Shown one piece after another: positions 28,779-38,301 of a stretch of DNA of 64,000 nucleotides. Under the pieces are notes generated by a model that saw nothing but the letters and a program-made list of their open reading frames with translations, was not told the origin of the DNA and did no database searches. Both the position numbers and the translations under genes were made by a program. How positions within the stretch are numbered: the stretch's first letter is position 1; every line of letters begins with the position of its first letter. This DNA is from Desulfatiglandales bacterium (lineage in GTDB: Bacteria > Desulfobacterota > DSM-4660 > Desulfatiglandales > HGW-15): contig CAXXJJ010000001.1 in the NCBI GenBank assembly GCA_963667015.2, forward strand, positions 1-64,000. Reading direction: 5' to 3'.

Positions 28779-31223
28779 CTATGGTTCCAGCCGGTCATCA
28801 AGCACCGGCAGTTTTTTGATAAAGTCGTTACGTCCCAGGCAGCTGCTGCCAACACGCGCAATATTGCGTCCCGGTTCTTCCTGTAAATAGGTATCGATTT
28901 TTAACATGGAGTAGAGGCCGATAAGCAGAGGCTTACTGGCTGCAACTATTCTAAAATCAATGTGGGCAGGTATCTCATTTGTAACAATTCGGCGGATAAG
29001 GGCAAGATCTTCTTCACCGGTGTTTTTATGAACAAGGACGGTCAATCGGTTTGCAAGCTGAGCGTAAAAGTTATCTATAATGCCTTGCTCATTTCCAAAT
29101 TTATTTAAATCATCCGAGTATAATGCCAGGAATTCCTTTTTTGATTCTTCGCCTAATATGAGTGTTTCGCCGATATATGAGTTGGCATTCGGGAGTTTAC
29201 CCATTAAAAGAGGATCGTTTTCGACCGACAGGTCTGCTCCCAGGATAGTGGCAAATGTACGTCTGAGTCTGAAATCTTCAAGAAGAACAATTTCTCCTTT
29301 TTGTGCTCGATTATCCGTTGCCAGATCCAGAGCAAGTGAAAGGCCTTTGATGGTGCCTCGAAGACGGTGCAGCCTTGTGGCTTCTTTGATATAGCGGCGT
29401 TTCCGTATTTCCGGATAACCTGTGTCTGTTTCTGCAGCGATCCATCCTGAAAGCCAGTCAAGGGCTTCCGGGGGTGCAGATATGGGATTTGTTATAATAT
29501 GTGCAGCAGCAACCTTGTCTTCCAGGGGAGTTAACAGGCTTTCGAACAGACACAAAAAGCGTCCAAGAAAATCAGGGCCTGTTGCAGGCGCTATTTCATT
29601 GGCGGCATTACCGAAGATTGTTTCTCTATAGAGTTCGGGCAGATACTTATCAAGATAGGAAAACCGCGGACTGTATATTCGAATGGCGGCTATTTCAGGA
29701 GTTTCATGACCCGAACCCAGTAACTCAAGCCTCACCTTGAGATAACGTCCCTTAAGGCTTCGTACTTTATATCCCGGTCTTTGAATAAGAACTGTAAACA
29801 GTCCCGAACGGTCTTTGACCGGCGAACAATGAAGTAATCCTTTATGAAAAGGAATCTCCGATGGATCTTTGATCCATACCCCCTTTGGTATGTCAGGATT
29901 AGCTTCCATAATGCCAAATTGATGTTCCATCCAGCGGGAATCATTATTTTCTGTAAGTTCGTCAAGTTCGGAGGCATTTTCTGCAGATGCCAGTAATATT
30001 CTGAGTCCGGTACCCCTGGGAAGGTGGGCTTCAAGATAGATACGGTGCCAGGTCGTTCCCGGCTCTTTACTGTCTATGATATCTTTAGCATCAACAAATG
30101 TGCTTAAAGGGTATGCCGGGTATGACAGATGATGCAGAGGTCTGGGAAGAAGAATCCCTTTTTTCCTGGAAGAGGGATAGCATACAGGATTTGAAAGGGC
30201 ATTTACAAAAGGCCGGTTCCTGAATTCCTCCTCAACCCCGAAATTAAGCGGATAACGTAATCCAAGGGGTTTCTGCTGGTTTTGAGTCTTAGTTACAGAA
30301 AAATTAACAGGGTAGGCAATAGCCTCCCTGAGATCCGGAAACATAAATGCCCATATATTATCTCCTGCCCATCCAATGGAAAAGGGAGTACCTGTAAAGG
30401 CCAGTGACACCGGGGCGCTCATAATATTGTTTCTTATCAGAACAACTTTTGCTGAATCTTCAGCATCATCAGGAAAAATCAGGACAGCAACATCACCGGA
30501 AAGACTGGATGCCATTGCTACAGCACTGTGGTTTTCGGGTAAAAGTAATTCAGAGAGTTGAATAAGTTTCTGCACAGGTGCAAAATCATCGCAGGGTCTC
30601 GGTGTTTCCAATGAGTGAATTCCTGCGGGCTGGTCCCTGTATGGTTCACCTGTTACCTGAAAAAAGGACTTTCTCTCACGGTCAAGTAAAAGAGCTCCTC
30701 CGCCAGGCAGGGCAACAACACGGTCAGGCTGAGCCAGGGTCTTGGTGTGTAAAGTCCTGACAGCCGAGGTCTCATAAAATTCGGCATTATAACCTTCTGC
30801 CTCGATCTTGCCTTCTTCCTTTGAACCGGATCTGTTTATTAAGTAGATGGTCGATATCTCATCGGTGTTGCGGCTGACAGCATAAAGGACGCCATCGGTA
30901 CCCATGGCCATATCGACAACTGTTTCCCCCTCCGGCAGGACAAGAAGGATGGCAGGATTTTCAAATACTCCTCCTGCAATTATAGTATTTCCAGGCATGT
31001 TGACAGTTGCCCATGTACCAAAAGCGTCCATTGTTACCGGCGCCTGATTTGTGATTTCAAAGGCCCTTGCCCTGTCATTGCGCAGATTATCTATTGTGCG
31101 GGAACTCCGGAATCGCAATACATTATGCTTATCATCCCAGGTCACTCCGGCCTGGTCCGGGGATATTAGGAAGTCAGATTCACCAGCAAGCTGCCAGGAT
31201 CTTTGTTCGTTTGCGTCTAGCAT
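28779..31223 (-). CDS. Baseplate wedge / phage tail protein (P2 gpI-like C-terminal domain)
   Basis: YLPELYRE, FLGRFLCLFESLL, APPEALDWLSGWI, RGTIKGL, EIPAH; follows baseplate J. Confidence 0.8.
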   Translation of the reverse strand: MLDANEQRSWQLAGESDFLISPDQAGVTWDDKHNVLRFRSSRTIDNLRNDRARAFEITNQAPVTMDAFGTWATVNMPGNTIIAGGVFENPAILLVLPEGETVVDMAMGTDGVLYAVSRNTDEISTIYLINRSGSKEEGKIEAEGYNAEFYETSAVRTLHTKTLAQPDRVVALPGGGALLLDRERKSFFQVTGEPYRDQPAGIHSLETPRPCDDFAPVQKLIQLSELLLPENHSAVAMASSLSGDVAVLIFPDDAEDSAKVVLIRNNIMSAPVSLAFTGTPFSIGWAGDNIWAFMFPDLREAIAYPVNFSVTKTQNQQKPLGLRYPLNFGVEEEFRNRPFVNALSNPVCYPSSRKKGILLPRPLHHLSYPAYPLSTFVDAKDIIDSKEPGTTWHRIYLEAHLPRGTGLRILLASAENASELDELTENNDSRWMEHQFGIMEANPDIPKGVWIKDPSEIPFHKGLLHCSPVKDRSGLFTVLIQRPGYKVRSLKGRYLKVRLELLGSGHETPEIAAIRIYSPRFSYLDKYLPELYRETIFGNAANEIAPATGPDFLGRFLCLFESLLTPLEDKVAAAHIITNPISAPPEALDWLSGWIAAETDTGYPEIRKRRYIKEATRLHRLRGTIKGLSLALDLATDNRAQKGEIVLLEDFRLRRTFATILGADLSVENDPLLMGKLPNANSYIGETLILGEESKKEFLALYSDDLNKFGNEQGIIDNFYAQLANRLTVLVHKNTGEEDLALIRRIVTNEIPAHIDFRIVAASKPLLIGLYSMLKIDTYLQEEPGRNIARVGSSCLGRNDFIKKLPVLDDRLEP

Positions 31224-33430
31224 CTGCAGATCTCGGGGACAACAGGAATTGGGATCTTTTTCCGGCTGTCATCACCTGTTTCATCACCGGAACCGTATTC
31301 ATCATAAAGGGCAGTCTGTGCATTGTCACCATCTGTCACAACCACAGTTAAAAGTTCCGGAAGCTGCCAGGATTCAAGGTTAAGGCTCCGGACATTCCCC
31401 TGCAGCATCTCCCATTTTTTAAGCTCGTTCAGTTTAAACATGTTAATGTCATTAACCGTCAGTATTCCCTTAACCCTTGCAATAACTACCTCCAGCTCAT
31501 GATCAATAACAGATCGGCCAAGCTGCCATCCGGTTTGCTGATGTCCTCCCGGAGTTAATGACCATAGAAATTCTCTTAAGGAATTCTGGACATCCTGCAT
31601 GACCTGCTGGCGGGGAAAACCGTCTCTTATACTTACGGCTACGCTTAATCCCAGAGATATATATTCCGTGCCTATAACATACAGTTCAACGCCTATGGGC
31701 CGGCGCTCTTCGAGGTAGGCGTAAACCCGTGAAAGGATGTTTCGGTCAGGTTTTGGGTTGGGCGGCATGAATTCGGATTTTTTAGGGAGAACCATGACAG
31801 AAATTATACCCGGAAGATCTTCCATACGCTGCTGAGGTTTAAATCTGGGTAATACTTCAACCCTTGCCAGTTCAACGCCCGGTGTATCCATGGCAATACT
31901 TGCATAATCATCTCTGGTAACTGCACGATGACAGTGTTTTAATACCCGGGGAATTCTCTTTTCCGCATTGCTTAATGTTTCGGCTTCCACACCGCCGGAA
32001 GTTTCAAGAGGCTGCACCAGCTTAAGGTGGGGAAATGAAATGGATGAAAGGTTTCTCTGAGAGATATTTCCGGATTTTCCTCCGCCGTATCGCATGGTTT
32101 GTATTCGTATGCGACTGTTTGCTTCGGGTATCTTTCCCCGAACGCCGTCTCCGAACTTTATGATACCGGCTTCAGCATCAAGTTCATAAAAACGATCATT
32201 GCGATCAGCAGAAAGAAGCTGCCGGTTATACCACCTCTGATAGCCGGTGCCGATTTCTTCAACCTGCAGTTCAAAACTGTCCGGGTCAACAGAGCTCCCC
32301 GGGAGCTGCACCTGTAGATCAGCTGCCCCGCTCGCTGCAGCAACCACAACATTCTGGATAGTTTTTCTCTGATCAATAGATACCGCGTTAACCCCCAGCC
32401 ATCTGACTGGCAGGGTTTCACTGAGCTGTTTGGGGCTGAGGCGAATCCATGTCACGAGACGACCGGCCTCTTCTTCATTGTCGATACGCGGGGGAAGGTT
32501 TCCTGTTCCGGCAAAAATGTTAATATCCACACTGTTATCGGGCAATGCAATACGATCTGGAGATGGGAGGGCAAGTTTAACTATGCCCTGTCCTGTAAAA
32601 CACTTTGTGCTGTCTGACACTACTTTCAGATTAAGGTAGGGTATTTCAAAGGAGATTCCATCCTTATCTGTTCTTGCCGAAGGCATCTCCCACTGCCATA
32701 TCTCTTTGTTATTTACGGGTTCACTTATATCTTCATCAAAATTGGGGACAGATAAACGTGGAGCAAATCCTATATTAATGATCTTTTCTCCATATTCGTT
32801 GGAATGAAATGAGTTTTTTGCAGTCTCAACACTGGCGGCATCTGGTGCAAGAATGGCGATCCACAGACTCTGATCTATAGTTTCTCTGGAAACATCAATA
32901 CCATCCGGATCATTAACCGCTTCCTGAAACATTGGAGTGGTAACATAGGGTTCGCTCTGATCAATGTCATAAATTCCTTCAAGGTGAAGCTGAATCTCTG
33001 CAAAGATCTTTTTTTCCGCTTCAGTCGGGCGGCGCTTGATGTATACTTTTCCGGTGATTGGAAAGACTGTAATTTCTTCACTGGTCTCAAAAGAAACAGG
33101 ACCCTTTATTGCAGTATGTAAAGGAACGTTTACACTATGATTATATTTTCCCTTTACAGGTTCCAGGACCACCAGGCCTGTGGCTGCGATTGCCGGCTGC
33201 ATGGGGATATTCAGAAGCCTCAGGAATTCCAGTCGCTGACGCTCCGGAATAAGGTTAACCCTGTAAAGAAGGGTATCTGCAAGCCAGGCAAACAGATCAA
33301 TAATGGTATGTCCCGGGTCACCCTCCTGTGGATTGGTCCATTCCGGGGTATGTGCGGGAATACGGGCAATCATTTCCTGAACCAGATCCTGGAAATTGCG
33401 GTCATCTAATTCATATCGTGGTATTGGCAT
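31217..33430 (-). CDS. Baseplate J-like protein (Afp11-like)
   Basis: LDDRNFQDLV...IPAHTPEWT..DPG..IDLFAW, FGDGVRGKIP, RAVTRDDY. Confidence 0.92.
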   Translation of the reverse strand: MPIPRYELDDRNFQDLVQEMIARIPAHTPEWTNPQEGDPGHTIIDLFAWLADTLLYRVNLIPERQRLEFLRLLNIPMQPAIAATGLVVLEPVKGKYNHSVNVPLHTAIKGPVSFETSEEITVFPITGKVYIKRRPTEAEKKIFAEIQLHLEGIYDIDQSEPYVTTPMFQEAVNDPDGIDVSRETIDQSLWIAILAPDAASVETAKNSFHSNEYGEKIINIGFAPRLSVPNFDEDISEPVNNKEIWQWEMPSARTDKDGISFEIPYLNLKVVSDSTKCFTGQGIVKLALPSPDRIALPDNSVDINIFAGTGNLPPRIDNEEEAGRLVTWIRLSPKQLSETLPVRWLGVNAVSIDQRKTIQNVVVAAASGAADLQVQLPGSSVDPDSFELQVEEIGTGYQRWYNRQLLSADRNDRFYELDAEAGIIKFGDGVRGKIPEANSRIRIQTMRYGGGKSGNISQRNLSSISFPHLKLVQPLETSGGVEAETLSNAEKRIPRVLKHCHRAVTRDDYASIAMDTPGVELARVEVLPRFKPQQRMEDLPGIISVMVLPKKSEFMPPNPKPDRNILSRVYAYLEERRPIGVELYVIGTEYISLGLSVAVSIRDGFPRQQVMQDVQNSLREFLWSLTPGGHQQTGWQLGRSVIDHELEVVIARVKGILTVNDINMFKLNELKKWEMLQGNVRSLNLESWQLPELLTVVVTDGDNAQTALYDEYGSGDETGDDSRKKIPIPVVPEICRC

Positions 33431-33432
33431 AA

Positions 33433-33837
33433 TTAGCTTCCTAAATTCATTTTTAACATCATAGCGGCCTGCGCACCGCTGCGTTTAATCCGGTAGGCTA
33501 ATTCGATCCTTAGACTGTCCGGGGTTCTGTCTTCAAAGACCTCCACCCGGTCAACAATTATTCTTTTTTCATACTGATCAAGAACCTGGAATATGAGATC
33601 CTGAATTTCCTGCCGGACATCAAGAGTATTTGACTGATGTAAAAACCTTGATAATCCGGCCCCAAACCAGGGGCGCATAAGCTGCTCCCGTGGCCTGGTA
33701 AGTAACAGAATCCTGATATATTCCTTAATGCTCTCTTCAAGAGCAGGATATTTCAGGCTTCCATTCTGCGGAACCGGCAGGAGAGGCCAGCCAACAGGTG
33801 GATATGGTATATTTTTGTTTGTTTTTTTATCAGTCAT
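33433..33837 (-). CDS. GPW/gp25 baseplate protein (Afp9-like)
   Basis: GWP...SIKEYIRILLLTRPREQLMRPWFGAGL...YEKRI; ATG at 33837 overlapping the upstream stop. Confidence 0.9.
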   Translation of the reverse strand: MTDKKTNKNIPYPPVGWPLLPVPQNGSLKYPALEESIKEYIRILLLTRPREQLMRPWFGAGLSRFLHQSNTLDVRQEIQDLIFQVLDQYEKRIIVDRVEVFEDRTPDSLRIELAYRIKRSGAQAAMMLKMNLGS

Positions 33838-36340
33838 TATCTTTCCCTTTAAAGCCGGGTATGGGTAGGCACATGAACAGATAGGGTATCCATCCGAAAA
33901 AGATGTTGAACAGGTTAACAATAATAATCATGAGAATAAGTGCACACAGTGTAACAATGGGGATAGATATGGAACAGAACATGCCTATTGTTTTACCTTT
34001 ACTTTTACAGGGGCCGGTGGGGCCCATAGAAGGAAGATTCTTGTGAAATGGCCATGGAAGTACAGATAGAACAAGATCTGCGAATGTGATTTTCTTGATC
34101 TTTTTGATTTTTCCACAGAGCATGTCTGAGATCAGGAACATTGCATTTTTTTTGTACTTGCGAAGTCCGGAAGGAGAGATATCCATTGGTAAGGATATTC
34201 GAACCTGTCTTGCAGGCGCATCAGGATCAAAAAAAGGAGCCATTTCAAGCATTCGACTTGGCCTGCTTAAAACCGCCGGGAACATGGGGCCGCAGTTAGG
34301 TCTCTCAAACACGCAGCGGATTACAAAGCGGGTATCTCTATGATCAAGAAGGGGGTTGAAGCTTAAGTCCGTTTCCCGTTCAGGGGATATCTCAGGCGCC
34401 GGTAAAAGAGAATCCACGAGATCTGTAAATACTTCGAGTTTTTCGGCCATGATGTCAAGTGGCTGTAAATTTTCTGTTGATACTGTAACCGGAGGAAGAA
34501 CAGCAGACTCTTCTGTCTCAAGCCCGGTATCAGGATCAGCCAGGGGGAATATAAAATCAGGCCATAAAGGATCAACTGCCTCATCCATAACATCGTCAGC
34601 AGGCAAATCCTCCGGCGGAGTTTCACGGGTGAATGGTACGGTGAGGATGCCTAGGTTCTCTTCATGATTTTTTATCTCTGTCAGGGCCTCGGCCAGAGAG
34701 TTTTTGATGGTGATTCTTTTGAAGAATAAATCCTCAACACCTATTGCATCAATAAGATTGTCCAGGTCCGTACGGAGTAAACCTGTAAATATTGTTTTAA
34801 GTTTTTTTTCAGCGCTGATCAGCCGGCTGGCTGGAAGTATGTTAAGGGCATTTTTTACCAGGTCGGGTAAATACTTTTTTATATATTCAGAAATATCAAG
34901 CAGGGTAAGCCATATTTTTGTTTTTTGAATATCTCTAATCTTATAAAAGAGCGATCGGTCGCTAATGTCAAAGGCTTCGCCGTTAATCCATTCAGGCAGA
35001 ACATCCGTATATTTATCCCATGAAAAATTCGTGTCCGAATCATCTATCTTTTCTTCCAGCGTCCAGAGGGCTTTTAATTCGTCCCACATGCTGTTTTCAG
35101 TGATCGGGTTTTTTGAAGATGCACAATGATCTATGGCCAGGGCCGCCATGTTTGCCGGAGGAAGAGTTGTATCTTCGAGCAGATCAATGAATTGCTGTTC
35201 TGTAGCATTCAGCCCGGATTTCTGATTTTCTTTGGTAAGCACTTTCCATATCTGAGGCAGATTTGTTTCTATAAAATTTGCAAAATCAAGCAGGATATAC
35301 CATGATCCGGTCTGGATCTGGTCTCTTGCGGTTTTAAGGGATCTTGCCCTGTCCGCTGCCGCTAAATCTTCCTTATACCGATCTGAAAAATTCGGAAAGC
35401 TGTCAGAATCTGTACTTAGTGATGTTTTAACGTTAAAGGCCTGTTCAATCAGTGTTCTCCAGGGCACTATTATATCAGCATAAAAGATATTTTTAAGGTG
35501 TCCGGCTCCGCCCTCTACTGAAGGAACAGGGTTAACAATGTTATCCTTCATTATCCCTGAAGCCTCCGGGGCACCCATCCATTCTTCACGTTTTCCAACC
35601 GGGATAAATCCTGCGAGAAGCTGTCGATTGTTATTGCAATAGTCTGCATAGTGCATTGGAAACATGGAGTGCTGTTCTTCATTTGAAATCAGGACACGGT
35701 TTTGATCGTCCGAAGGATTTTTAGAAGAAACCTTTTTCCAGGCCTTGCCTGCAGAAGTTGTAATAAATGCATATTCGCCGTTTTTTTCTTCATCTTTTCC
35801 TGACACATAAGCCCGGACAACAAAGGTAGCCTTTTCGCTGTTCCTTAATTTAAGCCTGTAATCAGGGAAACCTGTTGTTTTAGAAATAAGAGAAGACGCC
35901 ACAAGGTAATACCTGCTCTGAGCCGGCTGATATAACTTGAGGGTCGGAAGAAGGTCTGAAGTTTTGCGGCTTATTTTTGATAACTGCGCTGACGGTAGTC
36001 TATTGTTTTTATTCAGCATAGTCTGATTATTGATAATAAGTTTGCTTCCGTTATAAAGCCTTTTCTGGAACTGATTTGGTTTTTCCTTAAAAACAGGCTG
36101 GGGTGACGGCATCGGATTCCGCCATGTTTCAGGCTGTGCCTCCCACTCAGTAATACGGTAAGGACACTGGTCCAGCATTGCCAGGAGTTCTTCCATAAAA
36201 TTATCGTTTTCAAATCTCAGAATCATGGGTGTCTGGATCTGAGACTGTTCCGGCAGTTTTATCCAGCGGCTGTAGTCTCCCCACAGGGGTGAAGGTTCCA
36301 TCCATTGTATGGGGCAGCACTTTTCAGAAGACATTACCAT
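33830..36340 (-). CDS. Uncharacterised eCIS-locus protein with a C-terminal hydrophobic (transmembrane-like) segment
   Basis: 836-aa ORF coupled to the spike and gp25 genes; C-terminal ISIPIVTLCALILMIIIVNLFNIFFGWIPYLFMCLPIP. Confidence 0.7.
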   Translation of the reverse strand: MVMSSEKCCPIQWMEPSPLWGDYSRWIKLPEQSQIQTPMILRFENDNFMEELLAMLDQCPYRITEWEAQPETWRNPMPSPQPVFKEKPNQFQKRLYNGSKLIINNQTMLNKNNRLPSAQLSKISRKTSDLLPTLKLYQPAQSRYYLVASSLISKTTGFPDYRLKLRNSEKATFVVRAYVSGKDEEKNGEYAFITTSAGKAWKKVSSKNPSDDQNRVLISNEEQHSMFPMHYADYCNNNRQLLAGFIPVGKREEWMGAPEASGIMKDNIVNPVPSVEGGAGHLKNIFYADIIVPWRTLIEQAFNVKTSLSTDSDSFPNFSDRYKEDLAAADRARSLKTARDQIQTGSWYILLDFANFIETNLPQIWKVLTKENQKSGLNATEQQFIDLLEDTTLPPANMAALAIDHCASSKNPITENSMWDELKALWTLEEKIDDSDTNFSWDKYTDVLPEWINGEAFDISDRSLFYKIRDIQKTKIWLTLLDISEYIKKYLPDLVKNALNILPASRLISAEKKLKTIFTGLLRTDLDNLIDAIGVEDLFFKRITIKNSLAEALTEIKNHEENLGILTVPFTRETPPEDLPADDVMDEAVDPLWPDFIFPLADPDTGLETEESAVLPPVTVSTENLQPLDIMAEKLEVFTDLVDSLLPAPEISPERETDLSFNPLLDHRDTRFVIRCVFERPNCGPMFPAVLSRPSRMLEMAPFFDPDAPARQVRISLPMDISPSGLRKYKKNAMFLISDMLCGKIKKIKKITFADLVLSVLPWPFHKNLPSMGPTGPCKSKGKTIGMFCSISIPIVTLCALILMIIIVNLFNIFFGWIPYLFMCLPIPGFKGKDND

Positions 36341-37020
36341 ATATTCCCTGCTCCAGGCGTATAGGAAGAGCTTATTACACTGTTTGTTATAACTGTATCA
36401 GCCCTTACTACACCGTTGAACTGTGACATTGGCGCATTCACGGTAACTGTTGACGCAGACACATTAACCTGTGATGCCTGTACTCTTACGCTCATTGGCG
36501 TGTCAACAGTTACACCTTGCGGATCAATGGTTACTGTTGTTCCCGCTGTTCTGAACTCAATCTTTCCTCCTCCTGCGTCAGTCAGTTCACCGCTGGTACC
36601 GTTTGGCGTTGTAAATTTTATGGTCGCGGTTGAGGGGGATTCCTCTTCAATTGCAATCCGGGTACCTGCTTTACCTTTTATAGTCCACCGATCGACGGAA
36701 TCACCGCTTCCGCCCAGGGTTTCGGGTGCAGAATCCGAACCGTTCCACATAGAGCCGAGTATGATCGGATACCGGCTGTCTCCATTGACAAAAGAAACCA
36801 CTACTTCATCATTTACATCCGGAAGGAAAAAAGCACCCTTATTATCTCCTGCAAAAGGGGCGGCAACCCGTGCCCACAGTCTTCCTTCCTGCCGGGGGGA
36901 GCCGCTGTGGGAAAACAGTTCAATCTGGATACGGTTCAAACGATCCGGATCATTTACTGATGTCACCTTTGCCAGCTGGAGGTCCTGTGTGATCGGGGCT
37001 GATTCAGTTAAGGCATGCAA
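36334..37020 (-). CDS. Spike protein, gp5/VgrG OB-fold plus short beta-helix (baseplate assembly V-like)
   Basis: AKVTSVNDPDRLNRIQI, WARVAAPFAG, FFLPDVNDEVVVSFVNGD..PIILGSMWNG; likely TTG start at 37020 after GGAG (ORF track extends to 37068). Confidence 0.88.
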   Translation of the reverse strand: MHALTESAPITQDLQLAKVTSVNDPDRLNRIQIELFSHSGSPRQEGRLWARVAAPFAGDNKGAFFLPDVNDEVVVSFVNGDSRYPIILGSMWNGSDSAPETLGGSGDSVDRWTIKGKAGTRIAIEEESPSTATIKFTTPNGTSGELTDAGGGKIEFRTAGTTVTIDPQGVTVDTPMSVRVQASQVNVSASTVTVNAPMSQFNGVVRADTVITNSVISSSYTPGAGNIW

Positions 37021-37024
37021 ATTA

Positions 37025-38119
37025 TCATTCTCCAAGATAGGCACACTGAGCATTAAAACCGGTTTCATACCCTGATGTGCCCGAATACATGTGATGGGTA
37101 GCAGTTACATAATAGGTATTGCTGAAACGCGGCCCAAGACCGTTGAGTGTCAGGTGGGAGCCTACTCTCAAATTGGGATTGCCCAGAGCAAGGCCCTCTG
37201 CGCAGACAAATCTTCTTGCCCTGTCTGAAAAAGATGCGTTAACAAGTGCATCTGCCTCTGCCTGATTCTGAGCACATACATGTGACATGTGTTCAGTGCG
37301 TTCACTAAAGTGTTCCTCCATGAACCCTGAGCCCGGCCGTCCTCTTCCAGGGCCTAGATCCGCCCCACTGCCGGATTCAGCCTGGAAATCCTGACCGGCT
37401 CTCACATCAAATCCTGAACAGGTTATCCTGTTTACCTGATGTGCAAGGTCAGCAAGTATACGGACACTTTTAAGCTGGCTTCCGAACTCAAGAGATATCT
37501 CGTTTCTCCGAATATCGCTTCGCGGAGAGATGGTAAGCTCTTCATCTATTATCTGTAAATCAGCATCAAACCGGTTAACAAGCTTTCTTATAAAGGCAAG
37601 GTCCGACTGATTCAACTGCATCTGCGGGTCAACACTTTGATCAAGGCCGCTGATATTGCACCTTATACCAAGATCTCCGGCAATTGCTTCCACTATGGAA
37701 CTAACAGTGCCGCCTTCGTGAAGTTTTGTATGCCTTGTAAGCCTAGCCTTTTGCAGAGAATCTTCTGCAAGGACAATCAGCCCAGGCTGCCTGTCTTCAC
37801 TCATAATCATCTCGATGGCACTGATCCTTCCTGTGAAAAGCTCCTGTGGAGCATTGGCGTCACCCGCAAGGACAGAAATTCTTTTACCTAAAGAGAGCAG
37901 GTCGTTGTCACTGTATTCAAATGCAAAGTCATTCCCATGCTCACCTACAGTTGCGGAGTTTTCAAAGCTTAACTCAAGTGAAGACATTCCCTGATCTGAT
38001 TCAGACATGTCCATTCCTGTAAAAAGGCTCTGGATCATCTCGTTTCTCTGTCCATCTATTTCAATGACAGGGCGTGTGCTGTAAATCTGGTTTGGAGTTA
38101 ACTGTATTTCGTCAGTCAT
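37025..38119 (-). CDS. Phage late control D / gp27-like hub (VgrG N-terminal half)
   Basis: LFTGRISAIE, QLNQSDLAFIRKL, GNPNLRVG..L.GLGPRFSNTYYVT...H. Confidence 0.88.
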   Translation of the reverse strand: MTDEIQLTPNQIYSTRPVIEIDGQRNEMIQSLFTGMDMSESDQGMSSLELSFENSATVGEHGNDFAFEYSDNDLLSLGKRISVLAGDANAPQELFTGRISAIEMIMSEDRQPGLIVLAEDSLQKARLTRHTKLHEGGTVSSIVEAIAGDLGIRCNISGLDQSVDPQMQLNQSDLAFIRKLVNRFDADLQIIDEELTISPRSDIRRNEISLEFGSQLKSVRILADLAHQVNRITCSGFDVRAGQDFQAESGSGADLGPGRGRPGSGFMEEHFSERTEHMSHVCAQNQAEADALVNASFSDRARRFVCAEGLALGNPNLRVGSHLTLNGLGPRFSNTYYVTATHHMYSGTSGYETGFNAQCAYLGE

Positions 38120-38121
38120 TA

Positions 38122-38298
38122 TCAGTCAGCCATTAAACGCAGTTTTCTTATTTCGGCATGTCTCAATAATTTTTGGAGATCGGCCTGAGACACAGCTCTC
38201 TCTTCACTCTGTTCACTGTTTTGAATCTGATCACTGCTGCTTCTCCGGGTATCCGGTGCGGAGACTTCTGATACTATTTCATCAAAAACAATTCCCAA
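38122..38298 (-). CDS. Small eCIS protein (Afp6-like by size and locus)
   Basis: Hand translation from TTG: MGIVFDEIVSEV...LLRHAEIRKLRLMAD* (58 aa); GAGG RBS; fills the gap between flanking genes exactly. Confidence 0.65.
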   Translation of the reverse strand: MGIVFDEIVSEVSAPDTRRSSSDQIQNSEQSEERAVSQADLQKLLRHAEIRKLRLMAD

Positions 38299-38301
38299 TT
38301 T

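Noticed and set aside
36416..37075. 219-aa plus-strand ORF
   Set aside because: Antisense shadow of the spike gene, with no motifs or RBS; the same applies to the many short antisense ORFs across the locus
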